From Macrostomum lignano (lineage: Eukaryota), in assembly GCA_002269645.1 (NCBI GenBank), contig NIVC01000866.1:1-64000 (forward strand): DNA of 64,000 nt, in the 5' to 3' direction. This document shows, one piece after another, positions 1-11,711 of this stretch. The number at the start of each line of letters is the position of its first letter. The stretch's first letter is position 1. The notes under the pieces were generated by a model. It saw only the letters and a list, made by a program, of their open reading frames with translations. It was not told where the DNA came from and made no database searches. The translations under genes were made by a program, and so were the position numbers.

Positions 1-759
1 TTTAGTACTCCACACTGCAACAACTTGCAGCTTCGTTCCTGGTGTCAAAATGACAGCTGATTTTACAGCCCGTTTCAAAGCAGCTGCCAGTCAGCCCCAG
101 CAGGCAGTGAAAAGGCTAAAGAGTTTTCTAAAAGTGAGTCCTGTGCTCCCTGCTTTCCCTTCTCAGCCGGACGGGTCGCAATTGCAGCCAAGCAAGTTAG
201 TGTGTTGCAAATTCTCTCCGCCATGGAGGGCAAACTATAGCGCAAAATGTGCACACATGAAAATATTAAATAGTTATTAGTACTGCGTTAACACACAAAC
301 AGGCTCAAGTGGCTGTTAAAGCGAGAGAGACGGGGAGAAGAGAAGAGGTGACTGAAAGATCGATAAAGGCTCCCCCAAAGCAGAAATGAGCTGCTGATAC
401 GAGCTAATGCATTGAGCGCTATTGGCTCATGGTGTAAATTGAATAACTGGATTTAATTCAAATAAACGTTTCGTGGAGGATGAGGAGGCGGTCATGCTAG
501 CGAGAGATGATGGCGGAAAAATAATTAAAAAGCAAACTCTTCAACCAAATGAAATCTGCGACTTTAGTGAATTTTAAAAACCGACTTAGCGCCACTGCTG
601 CTGGATCGCGGGTTACCTGTAACGCCGGACCATGAGGCTGTCAGGTCGGGTAGCAAACAAGTCAATACGGTGATTGATTTGAAATTTTGGTGACATGATA
701 AATGATAAATGTCCACACTGGCGCAACGCCGTCCTGCAACGAGCACTGACGGCAATTCT

Positions 760-1490
760 GACCATTCACCAATACTGTACGCAGGCACGCACTTAAATAA
801 ACTCGCTCACAAAGGGTGTACAGAGGCGCAAGATTAAGTGACATAATGATGCATTTGCATTGTGACACTAATGACTATCATATCTTAGTAGACATGAAAG
901 GAGATGATGAGTCTCAGCAGAGGTAGATGATGACTCTAACTGAAGGTAGGTGGTAGTCTAACCAGGTGGATGATGAGTCTAACCAGGTAGATGATGAGTC
1001 TAACCAGGTAGATTATGAGTCTAACCAGGTAGATTATGAGTCTAACCAGATAGATAATGAGTCTAACCAGGTAGATGATGACTCTAACTGAAGGAAGGTG
1101 GTGAGTCTAACTAGGTAGATGATGAGTCTAACCAGGTAGATTACATAACCAGGTAGATTATGAGTCTAACCAGGTAGATGATGAGTCTAACCAGGTGGAT
1201 GATAAGTCTAACCAGGTAGATAATAAGTCTAACCAGGAAGATTGTGAGTCTAACCCGGTAGATAATGATTCTAACCGGATAGATGATAAGTCTAACCAGG
1301 TAGATGATGATTCTAACCGGATAGATGATGAGTCTAACCAGGTAGACTTATCTAATCTCCAGGCATGTACACTTTCTGTGCCGTGGAGGCCGGCCCTCAT
1401 GGGTTTGAATCATACGACAACAGAATTTAACCAGCTCCGCGGGTTGTGGCCCGAGAGTCAGACGCGCTTACCCACTGAGTGCATCAATGT
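760..1490 (-). mobile_element. tRNA-derived SINE-like element, copy C, split by an internal 21-bp array
   Basis: Head GCACTCAGTGGGTAAGCGCG...GATTCAAACCC (~1490-1395). AAAGTGTACATGCCTGGAGATTAG at ~1372-1349. GTACACCCTTTGTGAG at 806-821, on the far side of the array. Confidence 0.6.
902..1350. repeat. 21-bp minisatellite (TCTAACCAGGTAGATGATGAG)n
   Basis: Directly visible; explains ORFs 1158-1400 and 1195-1677. Confidence 0.95.
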
Positions 1491-1598
1491 ACGAGCTACA
1501 ACTGAAATTTTGTCACTATTTTCTCTCCTCAAAATACACGCGGAGCCCTCCTCAGCCAAACATCAAAGACCGACCAGGAAGCCGTCCAGTTTCCTCAC

Positions 1599-4500
1599 CG
1601 GATTCTATGGCGTAGTTGATGGTCTGGTTGATCCCAATGTCCCCGTCTCTGGCCAGCAGCACTGGACTGGTCTCTAGGGACCGGTTCAAGTAGCTGGTGT
1701 CCTGGAATTGACAGGAAAGTTTTTAAACAAACTTTGCTACACTGCATATTTCCTAAGCTCCTGTCTCACTCTCACTAAGCTGCAGTCTCACTCTCACTAA
1801 GCTGCAGTCTCACTCTCACTAAGCTGCAGTCTCACTCTCACTAAGCCACAGTCTCACTCTCACTAAGCCACAGTCTCACTCTCACTAAGCTGCAGTCTCA
1901 CTCTCACTAAGCTGCAGTCTCACTCTCACTGAGCCACAGTCAGGCAGATTGTATTACATTCTCCATGAAGTACAGCGAGTAGCTGCTCTCCGAGAACACC
2001 GGGCTCAGGTCGTCGGCGTCTTGAACATCAACGATAAGCGTGGCGTAGCCAGTGAGCGGCACTGGCAAGCTGGTGGACTCGTAAGCCAAGTCAGCCGCTG
2101 AGATGTTCATCACGTACTGCCGCGGCCCGGCATCGTAGTCAAGGGCTCGCTGGACCGTCACGATGCCGGAGGTGATGCCGCTGTTCATGCCGAAGTCGTT
2201 GTTGCTGCCGCTCTGCGAGGGTGGGGAGCGGCATCAGCGGTTGGTAGAGGTGCGATCGAAAGATGGGGAAGAAAGGGAAAGGGGAAGAAAGAGAGAGGTT
2301 AAGAACGGAAGAGGGGAAGAAAGGGAGGGGAAGAAAGGGAGAGGGGAAGAAAGGGAGAGGGGAAGAAAGGGAGGGAAGAAAGGGAGGGGAAGAAAGGGAG
2401 AGGGGAAGAAAGGAGGGGAAGAAAGGGAGAGGGGAAGAAAGGGAGGGGAAGAAAGGGAGGGGAAGAAAGGGAGGGGAAGAAAGGAGGGGAAGGCAGGGGG
2501 GAAGAAAGGGAGGGAAGACAGGGAGGGGAAGAAAGGGAGGGGAAGGCAGGGAGGGGAAGAACGGAAGAGGGGAAGAAAGGGAAGGGGGAAGAAAGAGAGA
2601 GGTTAAGAACGGAAGAGGGGAAGAAACGGAGGGGAAGAAAGGGAGAGGGGAAGAAAGGGAGGGGAAACGGAGGGGAAGACAGGGAGGGGAAGAAGGGAGG
2701 GGAAGAAAAAGAGGGGAAGAAAAGAAAAGGGGAATTAAGAAAAATGGGAAAACAAAAGGAAGGAAATGGAAACTCGCTGCCAAAAAAAATCCATAAAGAC
2801 TCACCACAATGAGGATGTTGAATGTTCGCACATTGGAAAAGTCTTTGTCCTTCACGTAGCTATTCAGCTGGATGATGGAAGTTCCCAGGGCGATGGCCTG
2901 ATGGGCATCGGCAGGTTAAATTAATGGATTTAGTTCGATATTTTTAAGTCCGCAATTTTAAACTCCAGCTGTCCCACCCAGACACCCAGACAGGAGGCAA
3001 GGCAGCCATGCCCGTTCCGCTGACCCCTGAGCAGCACACGCTCACACAGGGTGTACCTTACCCTGGCATTCTCATTGACTGGAAGGTACACACTCTGTGC
3101 CATCCAGGATGCCGTAGGTACACTTGACGAATCGCATGCCGAGGGTTTCAGTGTGGTCGCGCTTGGAATCGAACTCAGGGACTCCAGCAAGTGACTCGGG
3201 CACGATGCCTCACCGATACTCGGCCATCTGCCTATCTACCACACCTGCTAGTTCACCTCCCACTCTACACCACCTCCCAATCTACCCTACCTCCGACTCT
3301 ACCCCAGCTCCCACTCTACCCTACCCCTCACTCTACCCTACCCCTCACTCTACCCTACCTCACACTCTATCCTACCTCCAACTCTACCCCACCTCTCACT
3401 CTACCGTACCTCCCAATCTACTCCAGCTCCCACTCTACCTTACCTCCCACTCTACCCTACCTCCCACTCTACCTTACCTCCCACTCTACCTTACCTCCCA
3501 CTCTACCCTACCTCCCACTCTACCCTACCTCCCACTCTACCCTACCTCCCACTCTACCACACCTCCCACTCTTCCCACCTCCCAATCTACTCTACCTCTC
3601 ACTCTACCCTACCTCCCAATCTACCCCACCTCCCACCCTACCCTACCTCCAAATCTATCTCCTACCCAAGGCTCACCTCGGACACGTTGACTCGAAAAAC
3701 GTTGGGCTCAAACGTGGGTGGAAACTCGTTGACATCCACCAGCCTGACGAGAAACGTGGCGGTGACGCCGCCACCGGAGCAGCCGATTTGAATCGACTGA
3801 GGCGACAGCGGAGTCACCGTGGAGTCGTCCACGCAGGAGGTGAAGTTTTCAAGGTTGAACTGCCGTTTCAGGCGTAGGGTAGAGTTCACCAGCTCGAAGT
3901 AGCAGGCGTACACCGCGTCAATGGTGGGCGTGGCCACCTGGTTGTAGGACGAGTCCAACACCTCGATCACCGTGCCAACGGGACTGGTCTCGTTCACCTC
4001 CTTGGGCACCGGGCTGCTGGAGCACTGCCCGGATGCTGGGGTTTCGTACGAGGGCTTTCTACAGTCTTCATGGAAACTGTTCACTCTCACTAAGCTACAG
4101 TCTCACTCTCACTAAGCTACAGTCTCACTCTCACTAAGCTGCAGTCTCACTATCACTAAGCCACAGTCTCACTCTCACTAAGCTGCTGTCTCACTCTCAC
4201 TAAGCTACAGTCTCACTCTCACTAAGCTGCTGTCTCACTCTCACTAAGCTGCAGTCTCACTCTCACTAAGCCACAGTCTCACTCTCACTAAGCTGCTGTC
4301 TCACTCTCACTAAGCTACAGTCTCACTCTCACTAAGCTGCTGTCTCACTCTCACTAAGCTGCAGTCTCACTCTCACTAAGCTGCAGTCTCACTCTCACTA
4401 AGCCACAGTCTCACTCTCACTAAGCCACAGTCTCACTCTCACTAAGCTGCAGTCTCACTCTCACTAAGCTGCAGTTTCACTCTCACTAAGCTACAGTCTC

Positions 4501-5477
4501 ACTCTCACTAAGCTGCTGTCTCACTCTCACTAAGCTGCTGTCTCACTCTCACTAAGCTGCAGTCTCACTCTCACTAAGCTGCAGTCTCACTATCACTAAG
4601 CTGCTGTCTCACTCTCACTAAGCTGCAGTCTCACTCTCACTAAGCTGCAGTCTCACTCTCACTAAGCCACAGTCTCACTCTCACTAAGCCACAGTCTCAC
4701 TCTCACTAAGCCACAGTCTCACTCTCACTAAGCTGCAGTCTCACTCTCACTAAGCTGCAGTCTCACTCTCACTAAGCCACAGTCCCACTCTCACTAAGCT
4801 GCAGTCTCACTCTCACTAAGCTGCAGTCTCACTCTCACTAAGCTACAGTCTCACTCTCACTAAGCTGCTGTCTCACTCTCACTAAGCCACAGTCTCACTC
4901 TCACTAAGCTGCTGTCTCACTCTCACCAAGCCTCAGTCTCACTCTCACTAAGCCACAGTCCAATTCTCACCAAGCCACAGTCTCACTCTCACCAAGCCTC
5001 AGTCTCACTCTCACTAAGCCACAGTCTCACTCTCACTAAGCTGCAGTCTCACTATCACTAAGCCACAGTCTCACTCTCACTAAGCTGCTGTCTCACTCTC
5101 ACTAAGCTACAGTCTCACTCTCACTAAGCTACAGTCTCACTCTCACTAAGCTACAGTCTCACTCTCACTAAGCTGCAGTCTCACTCTCACTAAGCTGCAG
5201 TCTCACTCTCACTAAGCTGCAGTCTCACTCTCACTAAGCTGCAGTCTCACTCTCACTAAGCTGCAGTCTCACTCTCACCAAGCCTCAGTCTCACTCTCAC
5301 TAAGCCACAGTCCAATTCTCACCAAGCCACAGTCTCACTCTCACCAAGCCTCAGTCTCACTCTCACTAAGCCACAGTCTCACTCTCACCAAGTCAGTCTC
5401 ACTGGAGCAGCACTCACCGGTCCAGCGGCTGTGAGCAGCAGAAGTGACACAGTCAGTATCAGCGAATGTACCGCCAT
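1599..5477 (-). CDS. Cadherin-related cell-adhesion protein (CDHR2/CDHR5/PCDH15-like), 5' part only; exons 5389-5477, 3677-4076, 2805-2897, 1958-2212, 1599-1701
   Basis: Signal peptide MAVHSLILTVSLLLLTAAG. Cadherin Ca-binding linkers DVNEFPPTF and DADDLSPVF, plus LDYD and ARDGDIGINQTINYAI motifs. All four introns are GT..AG with matching phases (2,0,0,0). The last exon found ends at a phase-1 GTGAG donor, so the gene continues; further exons were not identified. The subfamily call comes from motif resemblance only. Confidence 0.88.
1761..1940. repeat. 22-bp minisatellite (AGTCTCACTCTCACTAAGCTGC)n, cadherin intron 4
   Basis: About 8 units; same unit as 4077-5400. Confidence 0.95.
2262..2762. 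repeat. GA-rich degenerate ~16-bp array (GGGGAAGAAAGGGAGA)n, cadherin intron 3
   Basis: Visible; explains the K/G/E/R- and P/F/L-rich ORFs. Confidence 0.9.
2990..3232 (-). mobile_element. tRNA-derived SINE-like element, copy A (cadherin intron 2)
   Basis: Reverse complement GGCAGATGGCCGAGTATCGGTGAGGC...GAGTTCGATTCC...GACCA at 3154-3232. GGTACACCCTGTGTGAG at 3041-3057. The 3' end is approximate. Confidence 0.75.
3250..3665. repeat. 17-bp CT-rich array (CTCCCACTCTACCCTAC)n
   Basis: Visible; inverted homologue at 7505-7745. Confidence 0.9.
4077..5400. repeat. 22-bp minisatellite filling cadherin intron 1
   Basis: About 60 units of AGTCTCACTCTCACTAAGCYRC. A variant block containing CAATTCTCACC recurs 352 bp apart (4961, 5313), equal to 16 units. 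Confidence 0.97.
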
Positions 5478-6584
5478 CTTGCAAGGAGCTCCAGAAGTCT
5501 CCACCGCGGCACCAAATCTCGAGCTGTGGTGCGTAGGGCTAGACTGAAGAGCACAAAATTGGAAGTGACTCACTTATTATTGCAGCACAGGAATGATGGG
5601 CGTTGTTTCTGCGTATCAAAATGCAAATTAGGAAGGCGAAATATTAATATCATTGCACGGCGTGATGACAAAGCATCAGAGAATATTGCAGAAGGATTTT
5701 ATAACCCCTGTCTCTTCTTTTAATTCCTTCGAGCAATTGCTCAAGGGTGGTCGGGGGGGGCGTTCTCAGACTCATACAGTGCGGCAAACTCGTTTAACTC
5801 ACGCACCCGTTTATTCTTCTTTTTCTCTGTCTGTCCGAGCGAGTCTCCGCTGTTGCCCGCCTTATTTGGTGTGGGGCTTTAAGTAAGCCTGGCAATGCAC
5901 TGAAAGAACTGCAATACACGCAGTAATGCGTGCGATATGGATAGGGCGATGGAGGGCGCTGGATGAAGTTTGCTTGGTCTCACTTCTGTCCACTTCAGTT
6001 CTGAGGCTGCCGTTTCTCTTTTCAAATTTATTGCTGCTTGCTGTCTCTATATCTCTGTCTCTTGCTCTCTTCTAAAAGCAGATTCTGTTTAAACAGGCCC
6101 TATGAGCTGCGGCAGGGGAGGCAAACAGCTGTAGAATAATCATATTTTATCCCGGACTGATGCAGCCCTAGCAACAATGAGAGAAACAATCGCAGGTCCA
6201 GCAGCAAATCGCGGATACGGGGCAGCGATTGGATCAGCGGGCGCTGTTTACAATTCCTATATACAATTCCTATTATGGGGTACTGAGATTTCAGGGGTAA
6301 AGAGAGAGAGAGTAGATCTTTCCGATAGAGCTCAGCAATGAAAAAGGCTGCACACCACAGAGCTTGTGTGTTGAGCGCCCAGATATCCTATAGCTAATAC
6401 CAAATCCCAATCCTGGGATCCTTAGGAGGTGGGGTGAGTTGCGGCTAAATCTCTGGGATCTTCGCCCAATAGCGTGCGAATTGGGGATTGCTTCATGGGA
6501 ACAGAAAATTCTCCCCTGTCACCCGTGACCTCTCTGGGCCTGTGTCTATGATCAGCCTGACTCGATGCATGTATTAGCTAGCAG

Positions 6585-7165
6585 TTTTGTCTGGGGTGGC
6601 GCCAGAGTCAGACCCTACTGTCTGAGGTGGCGCCAGAATCAGACCCTACCGTTTGAGGTGGCGCCAGAATCAGACCTTACCGTCTGAGGTGGCGCCAGAA
6701 TCAGACCCTACAGTCTAGGGTGGCGCCAGAATCAGACCATACAGTCTAGGGTGGCGCCAGAATCAGACCATACAGTCTAGGGTGGCGCCAGAATCAGACC
6801 CTACAGTCTGAGGTGGCGCCAGAATCAGACCCTACAGTCTAGGGTGGCGCCAGTCAGACCCTACTGTCTGAGGTGGTGCCAGAATCAGACCATGCAGTCT
6901 AGGGTGGCGCCAGAATCAGACCCTACAGTCTAGGGTGGCGCCAGAGTCAGACCCTACAATCTGGGGTGGCGCCAGAATCAGACCCTACCGTCTGAGGTGG
7001 CGCCAGAATCAGACCATACAGTCTAGGGTGGCGCCAGAGTCAGACCCTACCGTCTGAGGTGGCGCCAGAATCAGACCATACAGTCTAGGGTGGCGCCAGA
7101 ATCAGACCCTACAGTCTAGGGTGGCGCCAGAGTCAGACCCTACAATCTGGGGTGGCGCCAGAATC
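6585..7165. repeat. 31-bp minisatellite (GGTGGCGCCAGAATCAGACCCTACAGTCTAG)n
   Basis: Period of 31 read directly. Confidence 0.95.
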
Positions 7166-7504
7166 AAACCAAATTTTCAAACTGAACGACAAAAGTAAAG
7201 ACTGAGATGCCATTGCCCCGTCATAGCTGAGTGAGCTATTCATATGCATTGTAAGCCAATAGCTATTTTACGACTCGCAAGCAGAGGATCCGATGGTCAT
7301 CGCTATGCAAGCCTAATCCTATCTTGCATTAATCTCGATCTGAGCGCTACACACAATGCAGTGGTGCGGAGGGGTGTGTGGGAGTGGGTGCATGCCGCAC
7401 TAATGTAAGTCAATACACCGCCTATTAAGTCAATCAAAAGCGAAAGTCAGGCGATTATGGTTGCGCATTAGCAACACTAATAAGTGGGAAAATATTATAT
7501 AGAA

Positions 7505-7745
7505 AGATAGATTGGTAGAGTAAGAGTTAGGGTAGAGTGGGAGGTGGGGTAGAGTGAGAGGTGGGGTACAGTGGGAGGTAGGGTAGAGTGGGAGGCGAGG
7601 TAGAGTGGGAGGTGGGGTAGAGTGGGAGGTGGGGTAGAGTGGGAGGTGGGGTAGAGTGGGAGGTGGGGTAGAGTGGGAGGTGGGGTAGATTGGGAGGTGG
7701 GGTAGATTGGGAGGTGGGGTAGAGTGGGAGGTTGGGTAGAGTGGG
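7505..7745. repeat. 17-bp G-rich array (GGTGGGGTAGAGTGGGA)n
   Basis: Visible; immediately upstream of SINE copy B. Confidence 0.9.
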
Positions 7746-7770
7746 ATGTGAACTGCCTAGGTGTTAGATA

Positions 7771-8040
7771 GGCAGATAGCCGAGTATCGTTGAGGCATCG
7801 TGCCCGAATCACTTGCTGGAGTCCCTGAGTTCGATTCCAAGCGCGACCACACTGAAACCCTCCGGATGCGATTCGTCAAGTTCCTGTGGGCGGCAACGTT
7901 CATTTGGGGCTTGTGTGCACGAGAATTGGCCCGGGGGAGGTGTCGTGCGATTCACAGCCTAGAGGACCCCCCAAGAGTGCACATGCCTGACGATTAGAAA
8001 AAGTCAGTGCCGCTGTACACCCTGCGTGAGTCTGTGTATC
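7771..8040 (+). mobile_element. tRNA-derived SINE-like element, copy B
   Basis: A-box-like TAGCCGAGTATCG and B-box GAGTTCGATTCC, ending GACCA (7771-7849). About 130 bp nearly identical (inverted) to 3124-3255. Body carries the shared AGTGCACATGCCTG..GATTAG..GTACACCCT motif. Confidence 0.75.
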
Positions 8041-8042
8041 TG

Positions 8043-9948
8043 CGCAGAAGTGCAGTCACTCAAGCACACAGTGACAGAAGTGCACAGTCACACACGCACA
8101 CAGTGACAGAAGTGCACAGTCACTTAAGCACACAGTGACAGAAGTGCACAGTCACTCAAGCACACAGTGACAGAATTGTACAGTCACACACGCACACAGT
8201 GACAGAAGTGCACAGTCACACACGCACACAGTGACAGAAGTGCACAGTCACACACGCACACAGTGACAGAAGTGCACAGTCACTCAAGCACACAGTGACA
8301 GAAGTGCACAGTCACACACGCACACAGTGACAGAAGTGCACAGTCACTCAAGCACACAGTGACAGAAGTGCAGTCACACACGCGCAGTGACAGAAGTGCA
8401 CAGTCACTCAAGCACACAGTGACAGAAGTGCACAGTCACTCAAGCACACAGTGACAGAAGCACAGTCACTTAAGCACACAGTGACAGAAGTGCACAGTCA
8501 CTCAAGTACACAGTGAGAGAAGTGCACAGTCACACACGCACGTAGTGACAGAAGTGCACAGTCACACACGCACGTAGTGACAGAAGTGCACAGTCACTCA
8601 AGCACACAGTGACAGAAGTGCAGTCACACACGCACAGTGACAGAAGTGCACAGTCACTCAAGCACACAGTGACAGAAGTGCACAGTCACTCAAGCACACA
8701 GTGACAGAAGTGCACAGTCACTCAAGCACACAGTGACAGAAGCACAGTCACTTAAGCACACAGTGACAGAAGTGCACAGTCACTTAAGCAAACAGTGACA
8801 GAAGTGCACAGTCACTCAAGCACACAGTGACAGAAGTGCACAGTCACACACGCACACAGTGGCAGAAGTGCAGTCACTCAAGCACACAGTGACAGAATTG
8901 CACAGTCACACAGTGACAGAATTGCACAGTCACACAGTGACAGAAGTGCACAGTCACACACGCACACAGTGACAGAAGTGCACAGTCACTCAAGTACACA
9001 GTGACAGAAGTGCACAGTCACACACGCACGTAGTGACAGAAGTGCACAGTCACACACGCACACAGTGACAGAAGTGCACAGTCACTCAAGCACACAGTGA
9101 CAGAAGTGCAGTCACACACGCACAGTGACAGAAGTGCACAGTCACTCAAGCACACAGTGACAGAAGTGCACAGTCACTCAAGCACACAGTGACAGAAGTG
9201 CACAGTCACTCAAGCACACAGTGACAGAAGCACAGTCACTTAAGCACACAGTGACAGAAGTGCACAGTCACTTAAGCAAACAGTGACAGAAGTGCACAGT
9301 CACTCAAGCACACAGTGACAGAAGTGCACAGTCACACACGCACACAGTGGCAGAAGTGCAGTCACTCAAGCACACAGTGACAGAATTGCACAGTCACACA
9401 GTGACAGAATTGCACAGTCACACAGTGACAGAAGTGCACAGTCACACACGCACACAGTGACAAAAGTGCACAGTCACACACGCACACAGTGACAGAAGTG
9501 CACAGTCACACACGCACACAGTGACAGAAGTGCACAGTCACACACGCACACAGTGACAGAAGTGCACAGTCACTCAAGCACACAGTGACAGAAGTGCAGT
9601 CACACACGCACAGTGACAGAAGTGCACAGTCACTCAAGCACACAGTGACAGAAGTGCACAGTCACTCAAGCACACAGTGACAGAAGTGCACAGTCACTCA
9701 AGCACACAGTGACAGAAGCACAGTCACTTAAGCACACAGTGACAGAAGTGCACAGTCACTTAAGCAAACAGTGACAGAAGCACAGTCACTCAAGCACACA
9801 GTGACAGAAGTGCACAGTCACTCAAGTACACAGTGACAGAAGTGCACAGTCACACACGCACGTAGTGACAGAAGTGCACAGTCACACACGCACGTAGTGA
9901 CAGAAGTGCACAGTCACTCAAGCACACAGTGACAGAAGTGCAGTCACA
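8043..9948. repeat. ~30-bp satellite (CACAGTGACAGAAGTGCACAGTCACTCAAG)n with 488-bp higher-order structure
   Basis: The rare variant CTTAAGCAAACAG occurs at 8783, 9271 and 9759, spaced 488 bp apart. Confidence 0.95.
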
Positions 9949-10454
9949 AAGCACTTAAAAAACTCTTTGGGAAAAGACACAAAAACTTTGAGAAATCGAA
10001 ATCGGTCTAAATATTTTGAAAGGGTCTGTGCAGACAATAGTAGGGAATAATATAAATAGCAATATAAGCAATTTATAGATATATTTAACACACTGTAAGG
10101 TAAGCCAACAACAACTGATTCGCAGTATTTTATAAAGCAACACATTTAACGATTAATTTATAGATGGGCCAATTATGCAATAATTAATACGATTATGACG
10201 ATGAGAAGTCTCTTTAGGAAACTGAATTAAAACTTCAGGTAATAAAACTGGACGCAGAAGAGAACAGAAAACGGAAACAGGAGAAACATCATTGCAATGA
10301 AAAAATTGCGCGCACAATTTAAAACCTCTGCGTCCAGCAAAACAGCGAGCAAAGCCAAGGCTGGGACACGAGATGCTGCGACTTGCATAGCTGATAACCA
10401 GACCTTTATGAGACTGGGGCGTCACGTGACACTTAAGACTGTTGCTGGCATGAG

Positions 10455-10975
10455 AGCATGAGGATCTGGGAAATTGGCCCAGCAGCTAGGGATCTGGGAG
10501 GGCGGTGTCCCAGAAACTGAGGATCTGGAAGGCTGTTGGCCCAGCAACTGAGGATCTGGGAGGCTGGCCCAGCAACTGAGGATCTGGGAGGCTGGTGGCC
10601 CAGCAACTGAGGGTCTGGGAGGCTGGTGTCCCAGCAACTGACACTCTGGGAGGCTGGTGTCCCAGCAACTGAGGGTCTGGGAGGCTGGCCCAGCAACTGA
10701 CACTCTGGGAGGCTGGTGTCCCAGCAACTGAGGATCTGGGAGTCTAGTGGCCCAGCAACTGAGGATCTGGGTGTCTGGTGGCGCAGCAACTGAGGATCTG
10801 GGAGTCTGGTGGCGCAGCAACTGAGGATCTGGGAGTCTGGTGTCCCAGCAACTGAGGATCTGGGAGTCTGGTGGCGCAGCAACTGAGGATCTGGGAGTCT
10901 AGTGGCCCAGCAACTGAGGATCTGGGAGTCTGGTGGCGCAGCAACTGAGGATCTGGGAGGGTGGGCCAGCAACCT
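10455..10975. repeat. 28/31-bp minisatellite (CTGAGGATCTGGGAGGCTGGCCCAGCAA)n, downstream of the NIPBL stop
   Basis: Same family as 11909-12806, with 3-bp insert variants. Confidence 0.95.
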
Positions 10976-11711
10976 AGGATTTGAGATGTTTTCGAGATTC
11001 TGTGACAATGACAAAGCCTCAAAAGTTCGACTGGCATTCCCAATAACTGAATCACCAAAGCCCCTGAGCCAAGACGGCACACAAAGAGAAAAGCAAAGCC
11101 AGCAAGCGGTACAGCAATTGAACAACATCGAACGAACTAAGCGACAACTATTTTGTGCAAACAACGGACGCCACGAAGACTAAAAATGGTGTGTTGTGAG
11201 AACATCTTGCTAATAAAGAATTTCTTGATTCTTCTCTTTGACAAAAAGAGCTGTCTCTCTGCTAGGTAGAAACACACGAGGCAGAGCAGTGCCGCGGGAG
11301 AACTGGTATATATATAATAATAAAATTTGATTATTTACAGGAGAAAAATTGGTGTCAGAGGGCAAAGGCAGAAAATAAAGGGACACAAAAGCAGGGCATG
11401 TACTTTTCCTATCGCACTGTTAAATTCTGGCTGTACACGAATAAGTTAGATAAGAACAAATAGTTGCTCAACTGTGCTCAAAGACAAGAAATTATAAACA
11501 AGAAAAGATACAAGCGAAGCTACACTAGAAAACCTAATTAGGCATTGCAATTGGGTAAGGAGACTGAAAATTGTTAGAAAAATCAAAACAAATTTGCTAT
11601 TATAGAATTACTCGTAATTTAACAACCCGGCTTATTTAAACTGTATTGCTTCTGCATAATGCCACTGGGAGTTGCTGCTTCTGCTTTGAAAAATACTGAC
11701 TTCGCCACTGC

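Noticed and set aside
5417-5418. GTGAGT donor after AAGP as the end of cadherin exon 1
   Set aside because: It is phase 0, while both available exon-2 acceptors need phase 2. The donor at 5388 fits.
7771-7849. Functional tRNA gene (also 3154-3232 and ~1395-1490)
   Set aside because: A and B boxes are present, but I could not fold an acceptor or anticodon stem, and homology continues beyond the head. Better explained as SINE heads.
6585-9948. CRISPR-like appearance of the ~30-bp palindromic repeats
   Set aside because: Units are head-to-tail with no unique spacers, there are no cas genes, and the context is eukaryotic.
8043-9948. RSS heptamer CACAGTG in every unit
   Set aside because: No ACAAAAACC-like nonamer at 12 or 23 bp, and no RAG/Transib sequence nearby.
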